Positions 37,804-46,122 of a stretch of DNA of 64,000 nt are shown piece by piece (the stretch's first letter is position 1; each line of letters begins with the position of its first letter). The notes beneath the pieces are model-generated. The model had not been told where the DNA came from and made no database searches. It saw only the letters and a list, made by a program, of their open reading frames with translations. Both the position numbers and the translations under genes were made by a program. This DNA comes from an uncultured bacterium (lineage in GTDB: Bacteria > Babelota > Babeliae > Babelales > Vermiphilaceae): NCBI GenBank assembly GCA_963707655.1, contig OY970172.1, positions 739,665 to 803,664 on the forward strand, in the 5' to 3' direction.

Positions 37804-38808
37804 ATGTGTACCGGTATTCGTTTAAAAGCGGAAAATAAATCAATCATCTATGCACGCACCTTGGAGTTTGGCCAGGAGACCGCATCAAACATTATTATGA
37901 TTCCCCGTGAATATGAATTAAAAAGTGAAGCATCGCAAGGATTGTCTTGGCGCTCGCGCTACGCAGTTGTCGGTGCAAACATGCTCAATATCACCGGTGT
38001 TGTTGACGGCGTGAACGAAAAAGGGCTCGCCGGGGGTCTCTTTTATTTTCCTGGATATGCAGCGTATCAGAAAATTTCTGCCGATGAAATGGCACAATCG
38101 ATTGCTCCTTGGGAGTTGTTGACCTGGATCCTTACGACTTGTGAAACTGTTGATCAGGTGCGCACCGCATTACCAAAAATAAAAGTAGCAGAAATTGTTT
38201 TTAAAGAATGGAGCATAGTGCCACCCATTCATGCCATCGTACATGAAGCGCAGGGTAAAAGTCTGATGATAGAATATATTGCAGGTGAATTGGTAATGCG
38301 TGATAACCCATTGGGTGTTATTACTAATTCTCCTTCTTTTGATTGGCACATGATTAACATGAGCAACTATATTAATCTGAGTGCAACTAATGCAGCGGCG
38401 CTCAAATCTAATGGATTATCATTTGCGCCACTGGGCCAAGGCTCAGGCATGCTTGGGTTACCCGGTGATTTTACGCCACCGTCACGCTTTATTCGCGCTG
38501 CATTTTTTAGTCAGTCTGCACAAGATATAAAAACAGAACATGAAGCATGCAAGACAGCATTTCGCCTTCTTGATCTTTTTAATATTAGCGTTGGCCTGGT
38601 GCGTGAAACGCAAGAAGGCAAAAATTATTACGATTACACGCAATGGACAAGTGCAGCTGATCTAAGCAATAAACGTTATTATTGGCACACGTATGATAAT
38701 CGCCAAGTACAAATGGTTGATCTTATGCAGATGAATATTACCGGCAAAGAAACAACCATTATCAAAATGCATTATGATGAAATAAAATATGATCACTCAA
38801 AAGAATAG
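37804..38808 (+). CDS. choloylglycine hydrolase-family Ntn hydrolase (linear amide C-N hydrolase)
   Basis: The N-terminal MCTGIRL places the nucleophile Cys at position 2. ITNSPSFDWH block. 334 aa. Confidence 0.8.
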   Translation: MCTGIRLKAENKSIIYARTLEFGQETASNIIMIPREYELKSEASQGLSWRSRYAVVGANMLNITGVVDGVNEKGLAGGLFYFPGYAAYQKISADEMAQSIAPWELLTWILTTCETVDQVRTALPKIKVAEIVFKEWSIVPPIHAIVHEAQGKSLMIEYIAGELVMRDNPLGVITNSPSFDWHMINMSNYINLSATNAAALKSNGLSFAPLGQGSGMLGLPGDFTPPSRFIRAAFFSQSAQDIKTEHEACKTAFRLLDLFNISVGLVRETQEGKNYYDYTQWTSAADLSNKRYYWHTYDNRQVQMVDLMQMNITGKETTIIKMHYDEIKYDHSKE

Positions 38809-40047
38809 TTAATATATTGGGTGCTTCATACACAGCTGCTTTGTTTTTTCTTTAATCTCCGTGAGTTTTTGTTCATCGGCGCGATGAGTAATTGCGGCAT
38901 CAATTAATGCAACAATCTCTTTTGCCTCGTTTTCTTTCATGCCTCGCGTTGAGATTGCGGGAGATCCAATTCTAATGCCGCTGGTGATCCATGGCTTTTC
39001 CGGATCAAAAGGTATGGTGCTACGGCTTACGGTAATACCAACTTTTTCAAGCAACAATTCTGCTGCGCGTCCGGCAATTTCTTTTGAGCGTAAATCTACA
39101 ATGAATAAATGATTGTCGGTGCCACCGGCAACAATCCGATAGCCACGCGTAACAAATTCTTGTGCCATAGTTTTGGCATTGTTGATTACCTGTTGCTGGT
39201 ATTCAATAAAATCAGGTTGTAGCGCTTCGTTAAAGGCAACCGCTTTGGCTGCGATCACATTCATAAATGGGCCACCCTGCACCCCGGGAATAATGGTTTT
39301 ATCAATGCTTTGGGCAAATTCTTTTTTGCACATAATAAGACCGCCGCGTGGACCACGCAATGTTTTATGAGTGGTGCTTGTGACGAAATCAGCGTGAGGA
39401 AAAGGATTGGGATGCAGTTGCGCCGCAATAAGGCCCGCGATGTGGGCAATATCAGCCATTAAATAAGCACCTGCTTTTTTGGCGATCTGGCCAAAACGCT
39501 CAAAATCAATTGTGCGTGAATAGGCAGATGCACCGACAACAATCAGCTTTGGCTTGTGTTCCAGAGCTAATTTTTCAACCTCATCATAATCAATCATTTC
39601 TGTTTCTTTGTTGACTCCATATTGCACACTCTTAAAAAAACGGCCCGAAAAATTGACGCCGTGACCATGAGTGAGATGACCACCTTCTGATAAACTCATG
39701 CCCATAAGAGTATCGCCGGGATTGAGCACAGAAAAATAGACTCCCATATTGGCGTTTGATCCTGATAGTGGCTGAACATTTACATGTTCGGCATTAAATA
39801 ACTGTTTACAGCGCTCTATGGCTATTGTTTCAGCCTGATCAACGTATTGGCACCCGCCATAATAACGTTTTCCCGGGTATCCTTCTGCATATTTATTAGT
39901 GAGCACAGAACCGGTTGCTTCCATTACGGCGCATGAAGCATAATTTTCAGAAGCAATGAGATCAATTTCTTGTTGCTGGCGCGTTTCTTCATTATGAATG
40001 ATTGCAAAGAGTGCGGGGTCTGTTTTTTGTAAAGAAGTATTAATCAT
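38809..40047 (-). CDS. glyA: serine hydroxymethyltransferase
   Basis: LIASENY and the PLP-Lys motif [13 protein letters not shown] prefer the start at [14 protein letters not shown] (40047) to the track start at 40110. Confidence 0.95.
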   Translation of the reverse strand: MINTSLQKTDPALFAIIHNEETRQQQEIDLIASENYASCAVMEATGSVLTNKYAEGYPGKRYYGGCQYVDQAETIAIERCKQLFNAEHVNVQPLSGSNANMGVYFSVLNPGDTLMGMSLSEGGHLTHGHGVNFSGRFFKSVQYGVNKETEMIDYDEVEKLALEHKPKLIVVGASAYSRTIDFERFGQIAKKAGAYLMADIAHIAGLIAAQLHPNPFPHADFVTSTTHKTLRGPRGGLIMCKKEFAQSIDKTIIPGVQGGPFMNVIAAKAVAFNEALQPDFIEYQQQVINNAKTMAQEFVTRGYRIVAGGTDNHLFIVDLRSKEIAGRAAELLLEKVGITVSRSTIPFDPEKPWITSGIRIGSPAISTRGMKENEAKEIVALIDAAITHRADEQKLTEIKEKTKQLCMKHPIY

Positions 40048-40308
40048 TTTTTTGCCTATTAATGGGTTATGGAGAAGAGTTGCATTGCGGCTATTAATGT
40101 TTGATAACAAATGTTACTACATCTTAAAAAAATCAATGAAAAATGCAAATGAGATACGCGTTAAAGTGAACGGTTTAAAAAAGCTGTTGTATTGCCTTTG
40201 TTTTTATGTTAATTACTTACGGTGTATAATAACTATTTTATTTTTTAAGTAAGGATTATAACAATCATGGTGGTTTCCAGACGCGGCGTAATGTCTTATT
40301 GTAAAGGT

Positions 40309-40350
40309 AAAATGCCGTTTTTTGACCACACTATCAAAAAACGGCATTTT
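40309..40350. terminator. strong hairpin terminator downstream of 40414-41262
   Basis: Perfect 15-bp inverted repeat AAAATGCCGTTTTTT (40309-40323) / AAAAAACGGCATTTT (40336-40350) with a 12-nt loop. Confidence 0.7.
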
Positions 40351-40413
40351 AAAATTTCTTCAATTATTTGGCTGGTAATTGTAACTCTTTATATAATGCG
40401 ATGATAACGCATA

Positions 40414-41262
40414 TTATTCAGTTTCGACCTGAATATTCCCACCGCGTTCGAATATATAAAGATCTGTATCGTCCGTTTCGAAAGTGCCTGAGGCATTATC
40501 GGCAGTAGTTACAGAAAATCTCTTTGTATTGCCATGATCAACAGAGACCGTTTGGCCCGCAGGAGCAGTGTATTCTTTGCCATTTACGCCAAAAGTAACC
40601 TCTCCGCCTGTTCGATTGGTGACATTCCACTCACCTTGGTTTTTATTATTTATCAGTTGTTCATCAGAGTTATCATATACTGGCGCATAGTCATAATCAG
40701 CATCAGAATCAACGTTAGAACCTATGGACGGCCATAACCAGAACCATGGGTAAAACCCAAATCCGAGCCAGCCCCACCAAGGGAGTCCCCACCATAAGCC
40801 ACCAAACCAGCCCCAACCACCCCAGCCGCCCCAATTATTGTGCCAGCCATGATTATTGTTAAAATGACCGTTGTGACCGTGTGCGCCATGAGCACCGTGA
40901 GCGCTATGAGCGCCATGTGCTCCTGCAGCGTGTGCCGTATGACCAGTTGCTGCGTGACTTGCGCCAACAGAACGTGCTGAATGCATGGTACCACTTCGTG
41001 CAGCTGCAGTATGCGCTCCGGCTGCACCGCCGGCACGAGCATAGCCGCCTCCGCGTGCGTATCCGCCATGATAACCTCCGCCACCGCCAAAACTACGTCC
41101 GCCGCCGCCAAAGCCGCCGCCACGTCCGCCTCCTCCTCCAAAGCCGTGGCCTCCGCCACCGCCGCCATGACCTCCTCCGCCACCGCGGCTCAATAATGAA
41201 TGGGATACATTGAGTAATCCCAATACCGCTACAGCGATCATACTGTATCGTAAAATTTTCAT
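40414..41262 (-). CDS. secreted Gly/His/Trp-rich low-complexity protein with a globular C-terminal domain
   Basis: Signal peptide MKILRYSMIAVAVLGLLNVSHS. A (G)n-H/R/F/Y block is followed by a GAHGAHSAHGAHGAHGHNGH block and then WGGWGGWGWFGGLWWGLPWWGWLGFGFYPWFWLWP. An ordinary domain of about 100 aa ends the protein. GC-rich codons. Confidence 0.65.
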   Translation of the reverse strand: MKILRYSMIAVAVLGLLNVSHSLLSRGGGGGHGGGGGGHGFGGGGGRGGGFGGGGRSFGGGGGYHGGYARGGGYARAGGAAGAHTAAARSGTMHSARSVGASHAATGHTAHAAGAHGAHSAHGAHGAHGHNGHFNNNHGWHNNWGGWGGWGWFGGLWWGLPWWGWLGFGFYPWFWLWPSIGSNVDSDADYDYAPVYDNSDEQLINNKNQGEWNVTNRTGGEVTFGVNGKEYTAPAGQTVSVDHGNTKRFSVTTADNASGTFETDDTDLYIFERGGNIQVETE

Positions 41263-41486
41263 AATGATTCCCTTTCTAAATATTAAAATTTATCGCTATT
41301 GTCACAATATTGCCCTTTATACAAGCAAATAATCGAGACAAACCCCTTTATAGATATCATTCTTATTCAAGGCTTCATATATAGATATTAATACAATTAG
41401 AGTATCAAAGACAACGATATTGCAAGTTTTTATTGTTGATAATCTTTTTAATGATGCATAAGATCAGAAAATATATCTTCGGTATT

Positions 41487-41520
41487 AAAAAAAACCGCTT
41501 TTTTATGAGCGGCTTTTTTT
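41487..41520. terminator. hairpin plus U-run downstream of 41543-42076
   Basis: CCGCT (41495-41499) pairs with AGCGG (41508-41512), flanked by an A-run and a T-run. Confidence 0.5.
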
Positions 41521-41542
41521 AGTAAAGAGAAAATAGAGGATT

Positions 41543-42076
41543 TTAGTTAGCCATTGGATTGTGATCTTCACTTACGTCTATTTTGTATACGGGAGCGATA
41601 TTGTTTTCGCTATCTTTATTGAATTCTAAAGAGATTCTATAAAGATGTGGTTTACTCACTTCTTTTTCTCCACTCACTTTGTTTTGCCAAAATGCTACGG
41701 TTTTATCATTTTTGGTGAGTTTTATGGTATTGGTAATCATTGAACCATGACCTTTTCCGGTATGTTCCGCCGATACATGAAGTTGGAACATGCTTGGCAC
41801 TTCTTCTGAGCCAATTTCAATAATATTCTCATTAAAGTTCTTATTACCGACTGTTTTAAGGCGTAAATCGCTAATATCTTCTTGTGGTTTGCAGGTAATG
41901 TCTTTACCGCAGCGTTGGTGCACCAAATTATTTCTTTCAGTAGTAAATACGTTGATCAGCAATTGCTGGCCAGTGTGATTGGTAAGGTCAGCTAACTTAA
42001 ATTGTGACCCTGCAAGTGCAGATCCGCTGATTGTCAGGCATAACAATGCGGCAATTAATTGTATATTGTTTTTCAT
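41543..42076 (-). CDS. secreted hypothetical protein
   Basis: Signal peptide IQLIAALLCLTISGSALA. 177 aa, beta-rich, no motif. Confidence 0.55.
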   Translation of the reverse strand: MKNNIQLIAALLCLTISGSALAGSQFKLADLTNHTGQQLLINVFTTERNNLVHQRCGKDITCKPQEDISDLRLKTVGNKNFNENIIEIGSEEVPSMFQLHVSAEHTGKGHGSMITNTIKLTKNDKTVAFWQNKVSGEKEVSKPHLYRISLEFNKDSENNIAPVYKIDVSEDHNPMAN

Positions 42077-42460
42077 AGGGGGACCCTTTTTGGTTAATAA
42101 AAAAATTAAAAATATTTATTTCTAATTCTAATTGTAAATTATTTACCACCTCGTTAGTCAACATTTTTGAATAACATTTTTTATTTTTTTTATTGAAGCG
42201 TAAAAAGGCTCATATCTGCGCGCTAATTTTTATGGTGAATCAAAAAATTAGTGAGTTATTTGTTTTGGTTTAGAAGTACTTATTCCGGAGTCATATAGGC
42301 ATTTGTGTGAAATTTTGGATAATAAGCGTCTCTTGGTATCAAAAAAAGAGCTATTATGCATGGCTTGAGCTCCGCATTTCCTTGGTCCCTCATAAACAAG
42401 TGCAGGCGCGTGGCTTATTAATCAGGTGGATGGGTATCTGTCCGGCTGCTGTTAACCAAT

Positions 42461-42492
42461 AAAAAAGCTCTGACCTTCATCAGAGCTTTTTA
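42461..42492. terminator. hairpin terminator downstream of 42514-42942
   Basis: GCTCTGA (42467-42473) pairs with TCAGAGC (42480-42486), flanked by AAAAAA and TTTTT. Confidence 0.65.
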
Positions 42493-42513
42493 TTAATTAC
42501 CATTTTGCCTGTT

Positions 42514-42942
42514 TTACAGTTGTGGCAGCGGCTCTATCTGGCTGAGCCGCAACAGTTCTTGTATGTTTTCGAGCTTTTCATCTCGTTTTCTTTTAATTTT
42601 TATTCTTTGTTTTTTGAGATTGTTTCTTTGTGCAATCTGCGGCATTAATAGGTTATCATATATCCACATGCGGTCAGATATATCTCCTGCTTGCGCAAAC
42701 ATGGCCCTTCTAATCTGTATTTGTTTTTCTGCTTGGGCACTCTGTGCTTTTAAAGCTTCTTCTTGCGCATATAAGGCCGCCCTGTCTTCGTATTCCAAAG
42801 GCAAGCATCTTTCTGCCGCTAATTGCGCCAATGCTTCAAGCCCTGCTCTGTTTTCGCTGTTTTCATAGCCATCGTGCTCCATGGATAATGCAATACTGCC
42901 AGAAACCAGCAACAATGTGGCTATAACTATCTTGATATTCAT
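42514..42942 (-). CDS. secreted coiled-coil protein, unknown function
   Basis: Signal peptide MNIKIVIATLLLVSGSIALS, followed by a charged helical sequence. Confidence 0.55.
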   Translation of the reverse strand: MNIKIVIATLLLVSGSIALSMEHDGYENSENRAGLEALAQLAAERCLPLEYEDRAALYAQEEALKAQSAQAEKQIQIRRAMFAQAGDISDRMWIYDNLLMPQIAQRNNLKKQRIKIKRKRDEKLENIQELLRLSQIEPLPQL

Positions 42943-42966
42943 AAGTAACCTCTCATAAAAATTATT

Positions 42967-43530
42967 TTAATTGCTCTTGTATTTACTTTTTGCTTCTTGT
43001 ATCTCGGTATTGAGCGCATTTATCTTGCTCTTATAACGATCTCGCTGAACCAGCGATTTTTTATATTCAGCTAAGGCAACCCTACGTTGTTCAGGAGTGT
43101 GAGAACTAGAGTCACTGGTGAGCTGACGAAACTCTTTGCCCAATTCATCTTCCATGATCTTGCCCTGCTCCTCAAGTATATTTTTAGCATCCTCAAGAAG
43201 CTCAACCAATGTCGCATTTTGTGGCAGGCCATTTCTTTTTTTCACCGGTGCTCGCGGCCTTAAAAGATACCAGCCGGCAAACCCAGCAATACCGATACCC
43301 GCTACAGTGCCGCCCGCTAACATCATCTTTTTTTTGTTCCAACGGCTTATTTGATGGTTTGATGGGGATATTTCTTTGAGTGCGGCAAGCAATCCGCCGA
43401 CATATCGATCAACCCATGATGATGTGTGGCCATCAGCCCATGCCCCCGGCACTACACACAACAGACTGATTACAATAAACAGTGTGCGCGCGAGGATTAT
43501 CACTCCCCGCCTATTATTTCTTACTGACAT
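42967..43530 (-). CDS. membrane-anchored coiled-coil protein, unknown function
   Basis: N-terminal signal/anchor plus a second TM (MMLAGGTVAGIGIAGFAGWYLL), then a charged helical tail. Confidence 0.55.
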   Translation of the reverse strand: MSVRNNRRGVIILARTLFIVISLLCVVPGAWADGHTSSWVDRYVGGLLAALKEISPSNHQISRWNKKKMMLAGGTVAGIGIAGFAGWYLLRPRAPVKKRNGLPQNATLVELLEDAKNILEEQGKIMEDELGKEFRQLTSDSSSHTPEQRRVALAEYKKSLVQRDRYKSKINALNTEIQEAKSKYKSN

Positions 43531-43653
43531 AAAAAACCTCTATGAAATATGATTTTGAACCATGGTGAATCACTGATTAACCACTTCTAAAAATTTTACC
43601 ATAGAAATTAATTTTTATCCAGGCGCACCACGCTGTGCCGTAAATGGGTATTG

Positions 43654-44646
43654 CTAAAAGCGTTTTGATTTGAGATCGTTTTCCAATATTACAAGGTCGC
43701 GATACACCATCTCTGCCACGCAGGCTCTGCCGGGATAACACCTAGACCGTGGATTCATTGCTTCACGATTGATCATACAAAATTTTTGAGCCTCCTTCAG
43801 GCACTTCATTTCAGGCAATATGTTATCTGCGCCCACATATTTCATCGCGATTAATAGATTGGCTTTTGCTCTTGTGATTGCCTGGCGTCTTGTCATCCCT
43901 CGCTTGCCATACGCTTTTTTCTCGGGGATACGCGATTGTTTTTTGGGTTGCGGCGTGGCCACCGGTTGCCCGGTGAGTTCGGCAATGATCTGCGCCTTGA
44001 GAGATCTGGCATGATCTATATGCGTTTTTTTGAGATTTTTTATGACTTTTCTCAATGCTTGAGTATCATCGCCATTTATACGATAAGATTTGGGCATCCA
44101 CCGACACTCCTCGTTATAAATTATTGTGTAGCATTGCAAATATTGTTTTTGTACAAGCTCTTTTTCTGCTTTCAGTTTTAGCGATATAGACTCCAACGTC
44201 GTGATCTTGGCACAAATCGATTTGATCGTTGGATCGCGGATAATCATTGCCTCACGCACAAGCACATCATTATCTGTGCCACATGGATTAATTGCATCAG
44301 AAGCAAGGAGCTCTTCAAGAAGGGAATTCAGTTCACGGGTCTCATTTTCTACCAGCGTGTGATCGCGAATAGTTTTAGCCAACGATTCACACGTCCGCAC
44401 AAAAAGATCGTATTCCCGTTCGCGTTTGCCTCGCGAGCAGCAGAAGATGCGATCAACAGAAGCACCAATGCGAAAAGCAATTGTTTCATACCGGTTGTTG
44501 GTTTGATTATTGGAAAACCCATTGTATCCATCTTTGAACGCATAAAGAGGCCGCAGATGCCATGGCGCATCGCTAGAAGATTCACCGGCGCGCATGGTAT
44601 GTAGCGCGAGAGCACATTGCACAATTATGAAAATGGTAATACGCAT
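43654..44646 (-). CDS. secreted hypothetical protein
   Basis: Signal peptide MRITIFIIVQCALALHTMRA. 330 aa, Cys-containing, no motif. Confidence 0.55.
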   Translation of the reverse strand: MRITIFIIVQCALALHTMRAGESSSDAPWHLRPLYAFKDGYNGFSNNQTNNRYETIAFRIGASVDRIFCCSRGKREREYDLFVRTCESLAKTIRDHTLVENETRELNSLLEELLASDAINPCGTDNDVLVREAMIIRDPTIKSICAKITTLESISLKLKAEKELVQKQYLQCYTIIYNEECRWMPKSYRINGDDTQALRKVIKNLKKTHIDHARSLKAQIIAELTGQPVATPQPKKQSRIPEKKAYGKRGMTRRQAITRAKANLLIAMKYVGADNILPEMKCLKEAQKFCMINREAMNPRSRCYPGRACVAEMVYRDLVILENDLKSKRF

Positions 44647-44895
44647 GAGCTATTTTCTCCGTATTAACTCAGTGAAGTTTTTTGAATAGTAAACTTTGGA
44701 GGTAAGTCTAATCGTAATCATCTGAAACTTCAATAGCATGCTCTGGTTCTGCAACGAAGAAAAGCATTCTGCAAAATTACCTAATTGAATTTCAATGCGC
44801 AACTGATACTCTTAATTAAAGAGGGTTTGTTCATCCACAAACAGTGTGGCCAAACACCCATTCGAAGTAATCTCAAATAAAGTGGAGAACATATC

Positions 44896-45363
44896 ATGAC
44901 CATCGTTAAAAAAATAAGGTTGTATATCTGCCTCGCGCTTACGACCATAACCATGGGCAATGCGCACGGGGCTGAGAGCTCCACTCAAGACGAATGGCCA
45001 GCTTATTCTTTAACGCTCGACATACACAGAAGAAATGAAACACCGGCATATGTTAAGTTTACGCTGATGGACAGAGGGCATGAGATAGGGCACATAAACG
45101 GATACCTGCCATATGCCGATGATGTTTATGGATGTATTCTGAGTCTGAATGTCGAGAATGCTTGGCAAGGCAAGGGTGTTGGGAGCTGGCTCCTGCAATT
45201 ATTTACCAAAGAATGTGATAAGCGGGTGCATGGCGATCTGAACCAAGGCCTCAAGTTATACTCGCTGACGGGGAGTGTTAGTTTTTATGAAAAACATGGT
45301 TTTGTTAAAGAAAATCCGAACGCCATAAATGGTCCTTTTGACATGATTCGGAAAAAAAATTGA
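44896..45363 (+). CDS. GNAT-family N-acetyltransferase with signal-like N-terminus
   Basis: Acetyl-CoA binding block NVENAWQGKGVGSWLLQLF and C-terminal FYEKHGF. The N-terminus is LYICLALTTITMGNAHG. Confidence 0.7.
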   Translation: MTIVKKIRLYICLALTTITMGNAHGAESSTQDEWPAYSLTLDIHRRNETPAYVKFTLMDRGHEIGHINGYLPYADDVYGCILSLNVENAWQGKGVGSWLLQLFTKECDKRVHGDLNQGLKLYSLTGSVSFYEKHGFVKENPNAINGPFDMIRKKN

Positions 45364-45450
45364 TCAACATGGGTAATCTTTACCAAAACAGTATTTCGTT
45401 TGATTTGCAATAACATACTATCTGTACAAGATTGATGCTTGAACAAATAA

Positions 45451-45497
45451 AAAAGCCGCCGTATCTGATTTTTAACAGGCACCGCGGCTTTTTTATT
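45451..45497. terminator. hairpin between convergent genes
   Basis: AAAAGCCGC (45451-45459) pairs with GCGGCTTTT (45484-45492). The loop is long (24 nt). A T-run follows. Confidence 0.45.
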
Positions 45498-45514
45498 GTA
45501 CTTTTTATGGTTAT

Positions 45515-45976
45515 TTAAAATCCATAGCCATTACCAAAAAAAGGCCCATTTTTATAGCCTAAATAATAGGGATATGCACGATAATAAGGGGGCAAATAAT
45601 CTACATATGTAGGGCTTTTGTAAGAATAATAATTAGAATAATAAGGGTAATCCCACTCTGAATCATTATAATCTTCAAAATTTTGTCGTATGGGCTTATA
45701 GCTGTCTTTAAAATTTTCATCATCTTCTCTTAACCCAACAGGATTTGCATAACTATAGCCGGACCTATTGTGTCGCAATGGGCCTGAATCAGTACTTCGT
45801 GTATATCTTTCAGTAGATTCTCCTGATCCTCTACCATGATGATGGTGCATAGAGTGCTCAGAATTTTCATAAGGGCACGGTACATCATCAGCAACATCGC
45901 AATCTGCGCGCAAGGATGCCGCTTGAAGCATGAGTGCAATGGCAAAAATTCTCAATAATAGTGTTTTTTTATTCAT
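45515..45976 (-). CDS. secreted Tyr-rich low-complexity protein
   Basis: Signal peptide LLLRIFAIALMLQAASLRA, an HHHH tract, and the tail YPYYSNYYSYKSPTYVDYLPPYYRAYPYYLGYKNGPFFGNGYGF. Confidence 0.55.
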   Translation of the reverse strand: MNKKTLLLRIFAIALMLQAASLRADCDVADDVPCPYENSEHSMHHHHGRGSGESTERYTRSTDSGPLRHNRSGYSYANPVGLREDDENFKDSYKPIRQNFEDYNDSEWDYPYYSNYYSYKSPTYVDYLPPYYRAYPYYLGYKNGPFFGNGYGF

Positions 45977-46122
45977 TGTAGCCCTTTTTTTAATAATCTT
46001 GATATACGATAATTTTAATACAGATTAGATTAAATAATCAATGGTTTTGCAATATTATCATTGCAGTCTGAATATTTTTAATGTTATTTTGGTAATGGCA
46101 GAAAAACAAAGGAGAAACAATA

